From Octopus bimaculoides (taxonomy: Eukaryota): a DNA stretch of 64,000 bases. The stretch covers positions 64,097,732-64,161,731 of the forward strand of contig NC_068993.1 of assembly GCF_001194135.2 (NCBI RefSeq), in the 5' to 3' direction. Of this stretch, positions 38,890 through 53,051 are shown one piece after another. The translations under genes were made by a program, and so were the position numbers. The notes beneath the pieces are model-generated. The model did no database searches, had not been told where the DNA came from, and worked only from the letters and a program-made list of their open reading frames with translations. Within the stretch, counting starts at the first letter, position 1, and each line of letters starts with the position of its first letter.

Positions 38890-39668
38890 TAGATAGATAG
38901 ATAGATATAGATATAGATATAAAAGTATATATATATATATATATATATATANNNNNNNNNNNNNNNNNNNNNNNNNNNNNNNNNNNNNNNNNNNNNNNNN
39001 NNNNNNNNNNNNNNNNNNNNNNNNNNNNNNNNNNNNNNNNNNNNNNNNNNNNNNNNNNNNNNNNNNNNNNNNNNNNNNNNNNNNNNNNNNNNNNNNNNNN
39101 NNNNNNNNNNNNNNNNNNNNNNNNNNNNNNNNNNNNNNNNNNNNNNNNNNNATATATATACATACATATATGTATATATGTATGTATATATATCTTTATT
39201 GTTTATTCTCCTGTGTCAATTGATATAATATATATATGTATCTTTTCAAATGTCACAAAACAATAAAAGAAACTACATTTACTCGGTGATTCTAGACCAA
39301 ATAATTTCTACTCGACAAATATTGTCAATATAACAAATTACAACAGTAACATTTAACATAACATTCTAAACCAGCAAAGTCATCTAAATATACTTAAGTT
39401 TAAAAAAAAAAAAGACCTGCATATGCAAATAAAACTGAATAGAATTAAAATAGCCGTCCATGTATCAGACATCATGTACACAGATTCTCGATAGGCCAAT
39501 TAATGGATTATTTGTCTTGAGATAATATCTCTTATGGACTTGCTGAGTTACAACCCCGCAAAAATGTGGAAGACGAAAATCATCCCACCAGCACCCAGCA
39601 TTATCTCTAGATGCATTTCGGCCTTTTTTAAAAAAATTCAAACCATCAAATTTGAAGCAGGATCTAAT

Positions 39669-39725
39669 ATACATACATACATACATACATACATACATAC
39701 ATACATACATGTATGCTTCCATGCA

Positions 39726-39808
<83 letters not shown>

Positions 39809-39824
39809 TTATCTATCTATCTAT
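39669..39824. repeat. Compound (TACA)n + (TATC)n microsatellite
   Basis: Direct. Confidence 0.97.
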
Positions 39825-42800
39825 AAACCATTTAATTTTGTGGAAAGAATTTCGCCTATAAAAAACATTCCATATTATTTATGGCAATATAGTCGATGAA
39901 AATATTATTGTTCGAAGAACAGCTAATTTTATTGGTTAAATTAACGTGTCAGCAACTTCAATTCTATAAACACTTGCAATCATAATGCAATATTCAAGTC
40001 AAATTAGATGAATTCATTGAGTTAAATACGAATTGACTTCCAATATTTTATCTAACGACACTAAAACAACTTGCTATTTTCTTTTCAATGTGAATTTCAA
40101 TATTTAAAACTGTCTCTTGTCAGCTGAGAGACTTATGGCTCTTTTTTGATGGTTATCGAGTCCCTGATAGCTATATTATAAAAGGAACCTTTATTGTTGT
40201 GCTTGATGTTTTAGAAACAGCCACTAAATCTACCTCTGAAACCACCATTCTACCGTTTTGAAAAGAAAACCATACTGGATGACGTTGCGTGGACTACCTC
40301 ACCTTTGAAATCAAGAGATGACATTGCTGTAATACTTTTTACGCAGATCTTTTTAGTCAGGTCTGGTCTGGAACTGCTCAGCAATAGCAGCAACAGCTGT
40401 TAAAAACTGGAAACTCGAAAAGCATTTCGACTGAAATCATGAAATAAAAATTATAGAAAATATTGGCAGCTATTTTTTGAACTCTCAACCGTATGTAATA
40501 TTTTATTTGACCGAGCAGCTTATGGGATATTGTATACAACCAGTGAATATTCGATTAGGCTGAGCAAAAACTATACATTTCATCTTATTGATCAAGCATC
40601 TGTAAATTATTTGACGCCGGTGGATAGTATGACACCCAAATGTAAAGGCATTGTAGATGATTCGCAAATTTTTCATCGATTTCAGGATCGCCATCATTAC
40701 TAATATTATTATCTTCACCTCACTTTCCCTCTTCATCATCGTAACTTCTCGAAGCAAATATAATAAGAGGAGGTAAACTTATACTACTACTCATGTGAAT
40801 ATCATGTATTATAAATCTTTCAGCTATTATACCATGACTCAAAGACCTTGTTCATTTGGTTCGATTAGAAGCCTCATCGGTTTTATGAAATGTTCAACTT
40901 GATGCTTGAACATTCATACTCACCTCCTCGCATGCACACTCGCGCTCACAACGACATATTGTATTTAGAATATATTTGAACTGAAAACTTTCCAAACAGC
41001 CGTGTTTTAGTGTCGTTAGTGGCGGAGAGCGTGCATTGCTGTCGCGGTACACACAGAAATACTAATTAGATCGATGTCACATTTCATATCATCACAATAT
41101 CCTTTTGTAAAATCAATTTGGTTTATGGTTGCAAACTTTTGGGCTACAGAAGTCTTCTGTTTCAGTATAACTTCATTCTTCATTCTAAAAAGTCTTGAAG
41201 ATCTCGTAAATGGTAAAAAGCACAGCCCTTTTTTCTTTCCTAAAAGATGAGCATTTATGGCAGTAACAATAACAAAAAAATTGTGTATTGCTTTGCGGTA
41301 CCCATCCGAGTTTTTTTTTAGCATCAACAGCAGTAAAATTATATATTCAACGTTAGCGCTTTGATACAAACAAAATCCACCAGAACGAATAAAACACAAC
41401 CATATTGCAGTATTGTTGCTTATTCCTCGGCTGCTTACAATGGTATTACTGGTTTAGTGCGAAATAATGTCGGTAGCTGAAAGCAATTTTTCTTGGATGT
41501 CGATATTACAGTGCATCATTGACAAACTATAAACCGACAAACCACTTTCGGTTAAATGTGTTCATTTCCCCATTGACTCGTTTTGTCATTAAACAGTAAG
41601 AAACCAATATTTATTATGGAATCTCTGACTAGACCGTGGATTTTATTTTCTTGTTTGTCAGAATAATCAAATTCCTATTGGTTGACTTTATGTCAATAGA
41701 GCATGATTAACGCCAATACTTGACGACATTCCTTCGTCTAGGGAATATTATTGGAAGATCCATGTTTTACAAACAGCATCGTGATCTAATCTATCAAATG
41801 CAATAACATTACATATAAATGGTATCCGGTTATATTGGTCTATATAAACAACTTGGTTTTATGTTTGCATATGGTAAGGAATCCTTTCATTAATATTCGT
41901 AAAATCCGAGATAATATTGCCGTTTCGGGAAAAAAAATATTTATATGTTACGCAAAACCATTTCTATTTTTATTTGTATGCTAAGCCAAGTCTCCAAGCA
42001 GTTCTATGAGCATATTGTACACTGGTAATATATTTCTGTAGCTAGCATTCGAACCTATACCTGATAAAGAGACAGTTCTTTGAACTCATTCTTTTCAATT
42101 TGGAGTGATGCTATTGTGTTTTCAGCCTTTGATGTTGTACAGGGGTTGAGAATATCAGCAATTCGCAATTCTAGACATGGCATTTATAGTGGTCAATTAA
42201 TGGAACGTCTATCCAAAGCAAGTAAAACAGTTTAGATTTTTAAGTCTGCTGCAGTCTGTAGTAGGAGAGTAAATGAGAGTAAATACTTGAAAAAGTACTG
42301 TATAGAAAATATTTCACGTGATACAACCGAACGGCATTTAAATGATTCCACTTGCTTTTATTTCCATTCACAAAGATAGATTGACGGGTCGTAGTTTCTG
42401 TGTATTGAGAAGCGACTGATAATACATTGTTGCAATGAAGTTGATGGGAACTGAAAGTTAATGGTAGTTGGGTATCGATTCCTATTTTATTTTAACTAAT
42501 ATTATTTATATTTATTTTTTTCAATGCTACTTACATGAATGTTATAGTGATATTCTGTTAGCTCTATAGCTGTTAATCTAAAGCCAGACACATAAAACCG
42601 AGATACATTGACACAGTAAAATGTTATATCTCCGAAATACCTAAGATATAGAGAATATGTGCAGAAATGGAATAATCTAACAAGCCATTTGCTAACTCCA
42701 GCACATAGCTTTGTTTGGCGAATTAAGAGAATGCTATTTTCTACGATTGTTTTTCAATAACTCTATTGGAATATTTGCTTCAACATTACGCATTTCAAAT

Positions 42801-43224
42801 TGTCAAGCCGTGTAAAGCAAGCAGTAAACTATTTAACATCAGTTTCAATTCATAAGCGATGCAGTTTCGATATATGAATTCACTAAAGTCTTTCCATACA
42901 AAGTAGGCAGCCCCAAAATATGTCATCCTTCTTCTAAAAAGGAAAAAAAAAAGGGCATAGTCAAAAGAGTTTTATTTCACATAATAGTTTTCTTCAAGAG
43001 GGAGAAGAGGGAAGATGAGTTTGGAAGGTCTTCAGTGTAGTTAGGTTCCTCGTAAACAATCTTATTTTTTAACATATGTCAATTCAATATAATAAAATAT
43101 ATTTTCTTATGTTTAGAGTACACTTTTTATTGTTTATTCTTTTAAACCTTTATATACGGGCTTCTGCACATTTTCCTTCGCTCGCATTTCACATTTTCCA
43201 GCCTTACACGTTGGTATAATTCAT

Positions 43225-43295
43225 TTTCCGAATGTAATACGCACTGGGATCGAACCTGCAAAATTGTGTTTTCGTAACGAACTTCGTAACCACAT
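43225..43295 (-). mobile_element. tRNA-derived SINE head (family B)
   Basis: Minus strand TGTGGTTACGAAG...CAGGTTCGATCCCAGTGCGT with B-box GGTTCGATCC; no tRNA cloverleaf. Confidence 0.6.
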
Positions 43296-44136
43296 AATAA
43301 ATACATAAAGGGGTTCCATTTGTTTCGTTTTGACCCTGGAATAAATCAGAGAATTTCCTTCTTATGTTTAACAACACAATCTTTAGCACAATCGTCATTT
43401 CATACTTACTTTTCATTCACTTCGTTGTCTGCCAATCTACGTGCACACATTGAAATATCGGTAAAGCAATAAGTTGAAAGATTAAAAACAAAGCAAACCT
43501 CAACAAACTTTATTTGAAAATTAAAAACTTAAGAAAAAAAGAAACTATAGCTTACTATGGATTCCTATTCCTAATAACAACAAAATTAAGAATAACTGCT
43601 TTTGATTATACTCGAGTATTATCGTTGATTTCCACGTGCATTTAATTACACTTTTGAAACACTGCGGTCAACTAAGATAACATTCTATCGATGAACCGTT
43701 TAAGAACCATGTTGTAACCATAACTACGACTATATCTATGGCATAAAGATACTAGTGTGTAGCTTGAGTTAGATTAAGTCGCTATTTCTTGCTAGTCGAA
43801 ATACCACTGTTACTTAATCTTTCAGGTTTACGTTCCTCTCCTCATTGATTTTTGTTTGTTACCATTTTGTTATTCTTAATGTCGAGAAAGTGTTTCCAGA
43901 CTTATTTATTCATAGACTGGTCTCTATTGATAATGGTCATCAGTCGTTTACACGAAGCAAATTTACTTCACCCTCGGCACGTGTTTGCTTACATTGTAAT
44001 GGATATCGTTGAGCAACTTTCATTTCTTTCGAATCGGCACAGTGGTGATGAAAGGATTGGTGCAGCCACGGTATAAACACTACATTCATGGCTTTCTCGT
44101 GGTTACCAGTTCAAAGAGAGCGAGTCAAACGGAGGG

Positions 44137-44145
44137 AGAGAGAGA

Positions 44146-44224
<79 letters not shown>
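44137..44224. repeat. (GA)n microsatellite
   Basis: Direct. Confidence 0.98.
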
Positions 44225-44227
<3 letters not shown>

Positions 44228-45775
44228 TATGTGAAACGCCCCAAGTACATGAACGGAATATTATTTATCAATCTCGAGGGAATAAAATGGCAAAGCCGTA
44301 ATCAACGTGATTTTAATAGAGAACGAAGAGGGCCAGAATAAATAGCACACAGTATTCTAGCCATCCGAATGACTTCCAAGTCATCGCCTTCCTTCAGGTG
44401 CGATCGTCAGCAATTTGAGAAAAAGAGTGGAAAAGTTTTAATGAATAGATATTCAACAATGAAACTATTCACTTTGATCCATATCTCGGAAATATACTCT
44501 CGCGCTCTCGTTTCGCATTGAAACAAAATACATTTGAATTTGAAATATGAAGTCTATGCTTGCATGTATGTATGTCATTATTCAGTTGATTTAAAGATTT
44601 CTTGCCAGTAGAGAAAGAATCAGTTTCTAACCTAGATCCAAGGCCCCTTCATTGAAATTTCAACAACAGCAACAGGATATTGTTGTTTGTTTGTATGCAT
44701 GTGTGTATGTATGTGTGTATGTATGTATTATGTATGTATGTGTGTATGTATTATGTATGTATTATGTATGTATGCATGTATGTGTGTATGTATATGAGTA
44801 TGTATGTATTATGTATGCATGTATGTATGTACTACTTGAGTTAGTACCGGTCCACCTGCCAAATGATAGCCCGATTAGATGTTTCATGTAAATATTTACA
44901 ACCCAGTAGGCTGGTCCTACCACTCCGGCTCACGAAATTTTTTCCCCACGAGAGTTCCGGACTCCAGGTATAATCTCATTTGCATATATAGTTTTTGAAA
45001 CGGTAAATTGTCGTTTAACGGAAATTTCGCCAGTATTAACCTCAATGAAGTAAATAAAAAAAAACAGATATAATTTCAAATTGAGTTAAAAGTAGTTTTT
45101 TGAAAACATGCTCCGAATGAATTTTCTTGGAATACTATGATGTTGCGTTACTCTCCTGTTGGATCTTCGACTTTGCAAACAAGAATTACTTTACTTTTCT
45201 GCATCTAGATGAGTTTTAGTTTTCTGACTAATTTCCAATTTCTCAGCCAGACGTTTGATCAAAAAACATTTCAGTTTGGTGGCGTGATGTATTTTGTAAA
45301 GCTTCGACACAAAAGCATTTCCTCTTCATTGTGTTGTCATATTTGTGATCAAATTTTATGGTGCTAGTAATAACAGTTTTTAAATATCAGATATTTGATA
45401 TTGTAGTTTTGCTTAAACTTCCAAGACAATTTGTAATTCTAACAACTAAATTTTTGCGGCTTGTTAACCGCTAGGTTAGCTTTTCCCTTTATAAAATAGT
45501 TTGATCTCTGACGGTTATGATGATACTTAATCTTGAAGATAAAACTGATTTCATGCTGAATTTCAAATCATAACTTTTGTTGATTAATGATATTATCATG
45601 TGGATCCACTACATCACTGCAGATGAAGACATTCGCTAAAAAGTAATGATCCGTAATTCAAATTTACCCTGTAACAATGTTTTCCTTACTGTTCCTCTCA
45701 ATGATCAGAGATCGAAAATAATGAAACATTAAATTTTATCACAATAAGAGAAGACGAAGAATTCAGATATGGATC

Positions 45776-45808
<33 letters not shown>

Positions 45809-46345
45809 CATACTGTGGCTCTCATGGCTTTTGATCTGGACTGATTGGAGTTGTTATGTACGTTGTTTTTGTCTTGGTATAAAAGATGGGCTACAGCAAA
45901 TATTTTGCTCAGTACCACAGATTTGCTTGTCAGTTGTTTGACTTTAACCAGTTGAGCATGTCCCTTGGTGGCTGACGATACGTGCATCCCTGATCATGAG
46001 CAGAAGTAGTGGCAGAGCATCATAGCCATGTGCTGAGAGGAATTCTTTGGAGTTTGGATAATTAACCTTTGGAAACACGGGTGTTTTGTTAAACACCTTT
46101 GAACAACCCTTATTCAGGGACTTTTTGAGTGGGATGGGCGGCTTGACGTGAAAAACATTCTTACTGGGCCCCACCTGCAAGGTCATGTGCTGTTTATCTT
46201 GATATGAGATCACCATATTGTGCACATGTGGTTGTGATGCATGTGTCTGGTATATCCTTATCAGACAGGTAGTCATGGTGGGTATACTGGGCTTCGTATA
46301 TTTTACCCCAGTGTCACTTTGATGGCATGCACTGCTCTCTCACTC
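45809..46345 (+). mobile_element. Non-coding, GC-richer interspersed element with an (AAT)n tail (probable non-autonomous retroposon or LINE 3' end)
   Basis: Sharp boundaries, with (AAT)n at 45776-45808 and from 46346 onward; ends ...GGCATGCACTGCTCTCTCACTC(AAT)n; no credible ORF. Confidence 0.65.
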
Positions 46346-46389
46346 AATAATAATAATAATNNNNNNNNNNATGCACTGCTCTCTCACTC

Positions 46390-46468
<79 letters not shown>

Positions 46469-46519
46469 GGCAAGCTCTCCAGACATCAGAAAATAATAGA
46501 TCAGTCTCAATAAAATAGA

Positions 46520-47100
46520 TTATTTAAACAGACGACCAACGCCCTGATAATGATAATTATTAGGAAAAAGACAAATTAAGAGAACCTATGGTGAGTGAGG
46601 AATATATTGGCTTCAGAATGCCAGAAACAATTTCGGCAATGCACTCGGGAGCAGTTGCAGTAGTTCAGTATGGCGTTACAATCCTGAAGTGGACAGAGGC
46701 GGCGTTAAGGACAGTTTGGACAGGAAAACAAGCTTCCAACGCTGCATGGAGCCCATAATCCTCGTGCAGACACTGATCACCTGAAGAGAGCAAATGGAGG
46801 AAAGGGACTGATAAGTGTGGAAGATTGCGTACGTATCGAATTCGAGAGTTTAGTGAGGTTCCTGGCCCAAAGTATGGAAATCTTGCTAGTGACAGTTAGG
46901 AACGAAGGAGTAATGAGAGCAGAGTAAAAAGGGAAAACAAAAAGAAGTACAAAAAGGACATGAAGAAGCATTACGTAACAAGGGACTACACAATCAATTT
47001 CATGGAGAAACAACAGGAGTTTCTGGAAAAAAATAGGTGGGATTTGGCTGATGAAAGGAACACTGTGTATGAGCAGTGTAATAAGCATAGAACGAAAACA
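46520..47100 (+). mobile_element. R4/Dong-like non-LTR retrotransposon RT/thumb fragment
   Basis: ISAMHSGAVAVVQYGVTILKW; HGAHNPRADTDHLKRANGGKGLISVEDCVRIE (cf. H...HP..D..RLY..R..GGRGL...ED); KGLHNQF; IWLMKGTL. Confidence 0.8.
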
Positions 47101-48370
47101 GTGAAATATCCTCCATGTTGATTTCTTGTTATTCTTCATGATATACTCTTCACACTTCATTTATCATTGTCTACATCACAAAGGTTGCTGTAATGTACAT
47201 TACTTTGTATCCACACTTATAGAGTTTGGAGTTTAATAGATTATATTGAGCACTAATCTAATTTGTTATATATAAAGTCTTTTGTGTAGTTAACCATACA
47301 TACATACATGCATACATACATACATACATACATACATAAGCTAAACCCACCCAAAGACACATACACACATATATACATGTGGTCAACCAAACGAAACACT
47401 CGGATATGAGGAAACAATCCAGTTTAGCAATTTACCAGTGTAAAGATTATATTTATGTGTGTGTGTGTTTATCTCTATATGTACACAGACACACAAAGAG
47501 ATACTCTTACACACAGACACAAAAACTGTAAGATTGATTGTGTAAGAGAAACATTAGTCGTAGTAATTTTGATGCTAGTAATGGTAAACAATTGTGGGAG
47601 AGATGAAACCAAGCCTGTTAGTACGGTTTGGTTACAGGTTGCAGATAGTCCGTGACATTTGTTGCTGCTGTTTTCTTCGAATTACTTCTGAATTCAAACC
47701 ATAGCAGCGTAAGATTGTGTTGCGATTCAGTGGAGCCTGAAATCCAAGGCTATTTTTCCTGGTAACTATGATTAGAAATAACGTTATCATAAAAGCTAAC
47801 ATAGCATGGCTAAATTTAATATGATGCTTTTATTGGGAAGAGAAAGAGAGAGACAGAGGAAATGGGAGCAAAAAGGCTATTGAATTATTCCATTCACTGA
47901 TAGTTACTACATCAAAGCCGGTCTGCTTGTCGATTGATGTAGTTTGAGATGACACTTCATTCGGCAGTTTTCTCAGCAGAACAAAAACTTTATAGAAAGC
48001 AGGACAATCATCAGAAAATCAACAGTCTCTATGGAAGCTATGTAAAAAGCAGAAAACTAATGTATGTAGTGAACTGCAAAATATTTCGTATCAGACAATG
48101 ACATAGATAATATATACTTTTTCCATCTTTGGCCAGCAGAAGAAGAAGAATAAGTGATTAATCTGACAAACAGACATTGCAATACTTTAGAGCTACATGT
48201 ATTTAAATATAGAAGTGGTGTGTGTGTGTGTTTGTGTGTGACTGCGTGTGTGTGTGGTACAATGTATGCCAGTGATTTCCTGTGCGTGGGCGATGTCTGT
48301 ATGCACAGATACATGTGCACATACACACGCACACACATACTAATACACACACACATACATATGTATGTAT

Positions 48371-48418
<48 letters not shown>

Positions 48419-49299
48419 GTATAGGCTCACAGGTATATTTATATCCATCTGTCTAACTAATAGATAGATAGATAGATAGATAGATAGACAAACAGACAAA
48501 TAGACAGATAGATCAGTGTAGTTAGAATAGACAAAATATTGCCAACTTAGAAGGAGAGGACTTGGAGAGGAAATAAATTTTGTGGGAATTGAAAGGTTCA
48601 ACGTGTCAGTAACCGGAGACTACTGAATAATGGAGAAATGGATGGTGGTCTTTAATCACCGATCGGTTTGGCTTAAAAGTTCTTGTGTCGTGTGTGGAGT
48701 GGTTAGCTTTCTTTAAAATGGTCTTTGCGTTTTTTGGGGGTTTTGCGTATTTTTTTATGTGTAGATGTGTATTTATGTGTATGTTAATACGATCAACAGG
48801 AAACTGTGATTTTAATTTCCATAAAACACGACCTACTGGAATTTAGCTATTTGCCACTTTGGTAACTTATATAAATTGGAAAACACCTTCCAGTATAGAA
48901 GATAGAATTTATGGAATCGAGATAGAATTCGAAAGTCATATCAGAATGATTAATAAGTATTCGAATAGTATCAAGGAAAACAACATCTGGAACTAAAATA
49001 CGAAAGGAACAAAAGAGAATATTATATTAATGTGAATGTTGACGACTTTGTTGAGATCGTTTGTCTCGTCTGTAAATTGCCGAAGTTAAGAATATAAATT
49101 CTTATGAATAGTGAAAAATGATAATATCATTAGCGTAAAGAAATTTACATAATTATAAGAGGAAAATATATTTGCAGGCATAGCTCTGTGTTTAACAAAT
49201 TTGCTAAATAACATGCAGATGAATTTGAAATATCAAATTGATAATTTGGACAAAAGCTTTCAAATAAAGCCTCGAGACAATACACACACACATACACAC

Positions 49300-49337
<38 letters not shown>

Positions 49338-49805
49338 TCGCGCGCGTATTTGAATATATATGTGTGTATAGGTGTGTGTGTATACGCACATAAACACACG
49401 CTTATGTACACTTATCTGTGTCCATGTTTATGTTCTGTCCACCAATATTTCTAAATTTTACATTTTGTGATTTGACAAGAAGTGACGTAATATAAGCACA
49501 ATATAGAAAGGACTACCAGTAAGGGCCATGTTTATAATTCAAAACTTCAGAAAAATGTCTTCCGTCTATACCAGTACTTAGACTTATGTTTCTCACATTA
49601 GCACTATACTGCAAACGTTTGGATAGGAATGTACTTAATTGTAATATCTGTACCTCTCTCGTATTAATTTTATTGATCGCTGAAAGACGAACAGGAAAAC
49701 TAACTTCAGTGCCATTCTCAATCCAAAACGTACAGGAGAAACATTTATAAATTGCAAAGCAATTTCTTTTGCGCTTTTATTTTCTCCCGAGAGGAAAATA
49801 TAATA

Positions 49806-49857
<52 letters not shown>

Positions 49858-49995
49858 CATACAAACGAGTGTGCACAGGTGGATTTCATGTGGGTCTGTA
49901 TGTATTCATATATATATGTGTGTGTGTGTGTGTGAGTGCTTGTGTTAGTGCTTGTGTCTATGTATATCTCTATGTAATGTATAACACACACATAT

Positions 49996-50059
<64 letters not shown>

Positions 50060-51077
50060 NNNNNNNNNNNNNNNNNNNNNNNNNNNNNNNNNNNNNNNNN
50101 NNNNNNNNNNNNNNNNNNNNNNNNNNNNNNNNNNNNNNNNNNNNNNNNNNNNNNNNNNNNNNNNNNNNNNNNNNNNNNNNNNNNNNNNNNNNNNNNNNNN
50201 NNNNNNNNNNNNNNNNNNNNNNNNNNNNNNNNNNNNNNNNNNNNNNNNNNNNNNNNNNNNNNNNNNNNNNNNNNNNNNNNNNNNNNNNNNNNNNNNNNNN
50301 NNNNNNNNNNNNNNNNNNNNNNNNNNNNNNNNNNNNNNNNNNNNNNNNNNNNNNNNNNNNNNNNNNNNNNNNNNNNNNNNNNNNNNNNNNNNNNNNNNNN
50401 NNNNNNNNNNNNNNNNNNNNNNNNNNNNNNNNNNNNNNNNNNNNNNNNNNNNNNNNNNNNNNNNNNNNNNNNNNNNNNNNNNNNNNNNNNNNNNNNNNNN
50501 NNNNNNNNNNNNNNNNNNNNNNNNNNNNNNNNNNNNNNNNNNNNNNNNNNNNNNNNNNNNNNNNNNNNNNNNNNNNNNNNNNNNNNNNNNNNNNNNNNNN
50601 NNNNNNNNNNNNNNNNNNNNNNNNNNNNNNNNNNNNNNNNNNNNNNNNNNNNNNNNNNNNNNNNNNNNNNNNNNNNNNNNNNNNNNNNNNNNNNNNNNNN
50701 NNNNNNNNNNNNNNNNNNNNNNNNNNNNNNNNNNNNNNNNNNNNNNNNNNNNNNNNNNNNNNNNNNNNNNTATATATATATATATATACATACATATATA
50801 TATATACATACATATATATATGTTAGGTAATGCTAATGCAATTATGTGCAATCTGTGTTTTTAAGACCAAACACTCAAATCGAATAAATGATAATGATAA
50901 AGAATTATCTATCTTTCTTCAAAGGCTGAGGATAAATATGTTATATCAAAGAAAAATGTATGGTGAGGTGTGATACTTATGGATGGACTTAATATGTAAT
51001 CAACTGTAAAACATACAAGAAATAGAAAGATATTCCTTTTCAAATATGGAGGAGTCTGAATCAAATGGTGAACATCA

Positions 51078-51140
51078 ATGTGGTCGTTTGACCTGTTAGA
51101 AATAGCAGCGACATCTCTCTAACATTTCATCCAACCCTGC
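51078..51140 (+). repeat. Interspersed-repeat fragment (family E)
   Basis: Resembles 3865-3915. Confidence 0.5.
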
Positions 51141-51422
51141 TCAATGGGAATATACAGATGAAGGGATGTTGTCATAGTTGCGCAGTGTCTGATATACGAG
51201 AAAATGCGAGTAGTGTTGGATACTTTTGATAATTGGTCTGCATTTATCAATAGCCAACAAAGTACTAAACAAAGAACATTATTACAAACTGACAAGGAAA
51301 ACTCTTAGTCAGCTGTTTACTCATACGCCCGAATCAGCAACCAAAGGTCCTTCAAATGATAGCCCAGCTGTTCCAAAAAAATAAAGAAAAGAAAACATCT
51401 TTGTAAATTATACTCTTAGATA

Positions 51423-51504
<82 letters not shown>

Positions 51505-52127
51505 NNNNNNNNNNNNNNNNNNNNNNNNNNNNNNNNNNNNNNNNNNNNNNNNNNNNNNNNNNNNNNNNNNNNNNNNNNNNNNNNNNNNNNNNNNNNNNNN
51601 NNNNNNNNNNNNNNNNNNNNNNNNNNNNNNNNNNNNNNNNNNNNNNNNNNNNNNNNNNNNNNNNNNNNNNNNNNNNNNNNNNNNNNNNNNNNNNNNNNNN
51701 NNNNNNNNNNNNNNNNNNNNNNNNNNNNNNNNNNNNNNNNNNNNNNNNNNNNNNNNNNNNNNNNNNNNNNNNNNNNNNNNNNNNNNNNNNNNNNNNNNNN
51801 NNNNNNNNNNNNNNNNNNNNNNNNNNNNNNNNNNNNNNNNNNNNNNNNNNNNNNNNNNNNNNNNNNNNNNNNNNNNNNNNNNNNNNNNNNNNNNNNNNNN
51901 NNNNNNNNNNNNNNNNNNNNNNNNNNNNNNNNNNNNNNNNNNNNNNNNNNNNNNNNNNNNNNNNNNNNNNNNNNNNNNNNNNNNNNNNNNNNNNNNNNNN
52001 NNNNNNNNNNNNNNNNNNNNNNNNNNNNNNNNNNNNNNNNNNNNNNNNNNNNNNNNNNNNNNNNNNNNNNNNNNNNNNNNNNNNNNNNNNNNNNNNNNNN
52101 NNNNNNNNNNNNATATATATATATATG

Positions 52128-52159
<32 letters not shown>

Positions 52160-52200
52160 TGTATGTATGTATGTATGTATGTATGTATGTATGTATGTAT
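52128..52200. repeat. (TATG)n microsatellite
   Basis: Direct. Confidence 0.97.
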
Positions 52201-52712
52201 GCATGCATGTATCAGAGCGTTAGTCTCATGTAAATAACATCGGAGTTTCCGTACGAGGCACGAGCAAAGTGTTTTGTCCGTGAATAAGATCCTGCCTTAC
52301 ACATTTTCCCACTCTCCTTAACTGTGAAAGAGCAGCAGGTAATCGCTGATGCACCTATTTCTCACTGACAACTCATTTTCTGGTTTTTGCCTCTGGGTCA
52401 AAGGTAGGTTGTTCGGTAAAAGTGTCTGTGTTTGATCGCCTTTACACTGGCACATAAAACAATTAGTGAACTCGTGGAGCACACTAACAGATTTGGTGGA
52501 AATAACATTGATATTCGAACGCTAATAAATAAAAATAAGCATCCATAAGGAATTAAATTAAATATTTAATCGATTTAAATCAGAATTATATTTTCATATT
52601 TACGAGTTATTTTTCAATCGATTCAATGTTTTTCGCCATTCCTTATTTCCCTGAAGGGAAATATCTAAGCTTTATCAAATTAATCGTGTGTTCACTTCCC
52701 TATACACTTTCA

Positions 52713-52871
<159 letters not shown>

Positions 52872-53017
52872 ATATATTTATTAATATATATATATATACA
52901 TATATATTTATTTATATATATGTATGTATGTATATATGTATGTATGTATATATGTATGTAAGTATGTTGGTGTGCGTGTATGTATGTGTTCGCCAGTATG
53001 TGAACATATATATATGC

Positions 53018-53051
<34 letters not shown>

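Noticed and set aside
40560-40780. Acidic minus-strand stretch DDEEGK*GEDNNISNDGDPEIDE
   Set aside because: Internal stop and no identifiable family.
41016-41399. 127-aa minus-strand ORF
   Set aside because: No recognisable domain, and composition is typical of AT-rich non-coding DNA.
46371-46389. Duplicated element tail across a 10-N gap
   Set aside because: Most likely an unmerged contig overlap.
47907-47944. 10-bp perfect stem ACTACATCAA/TTGATGTAGT
   Set aside because: It does not extend into a pre-miRNA-length stem; plausible by chance.
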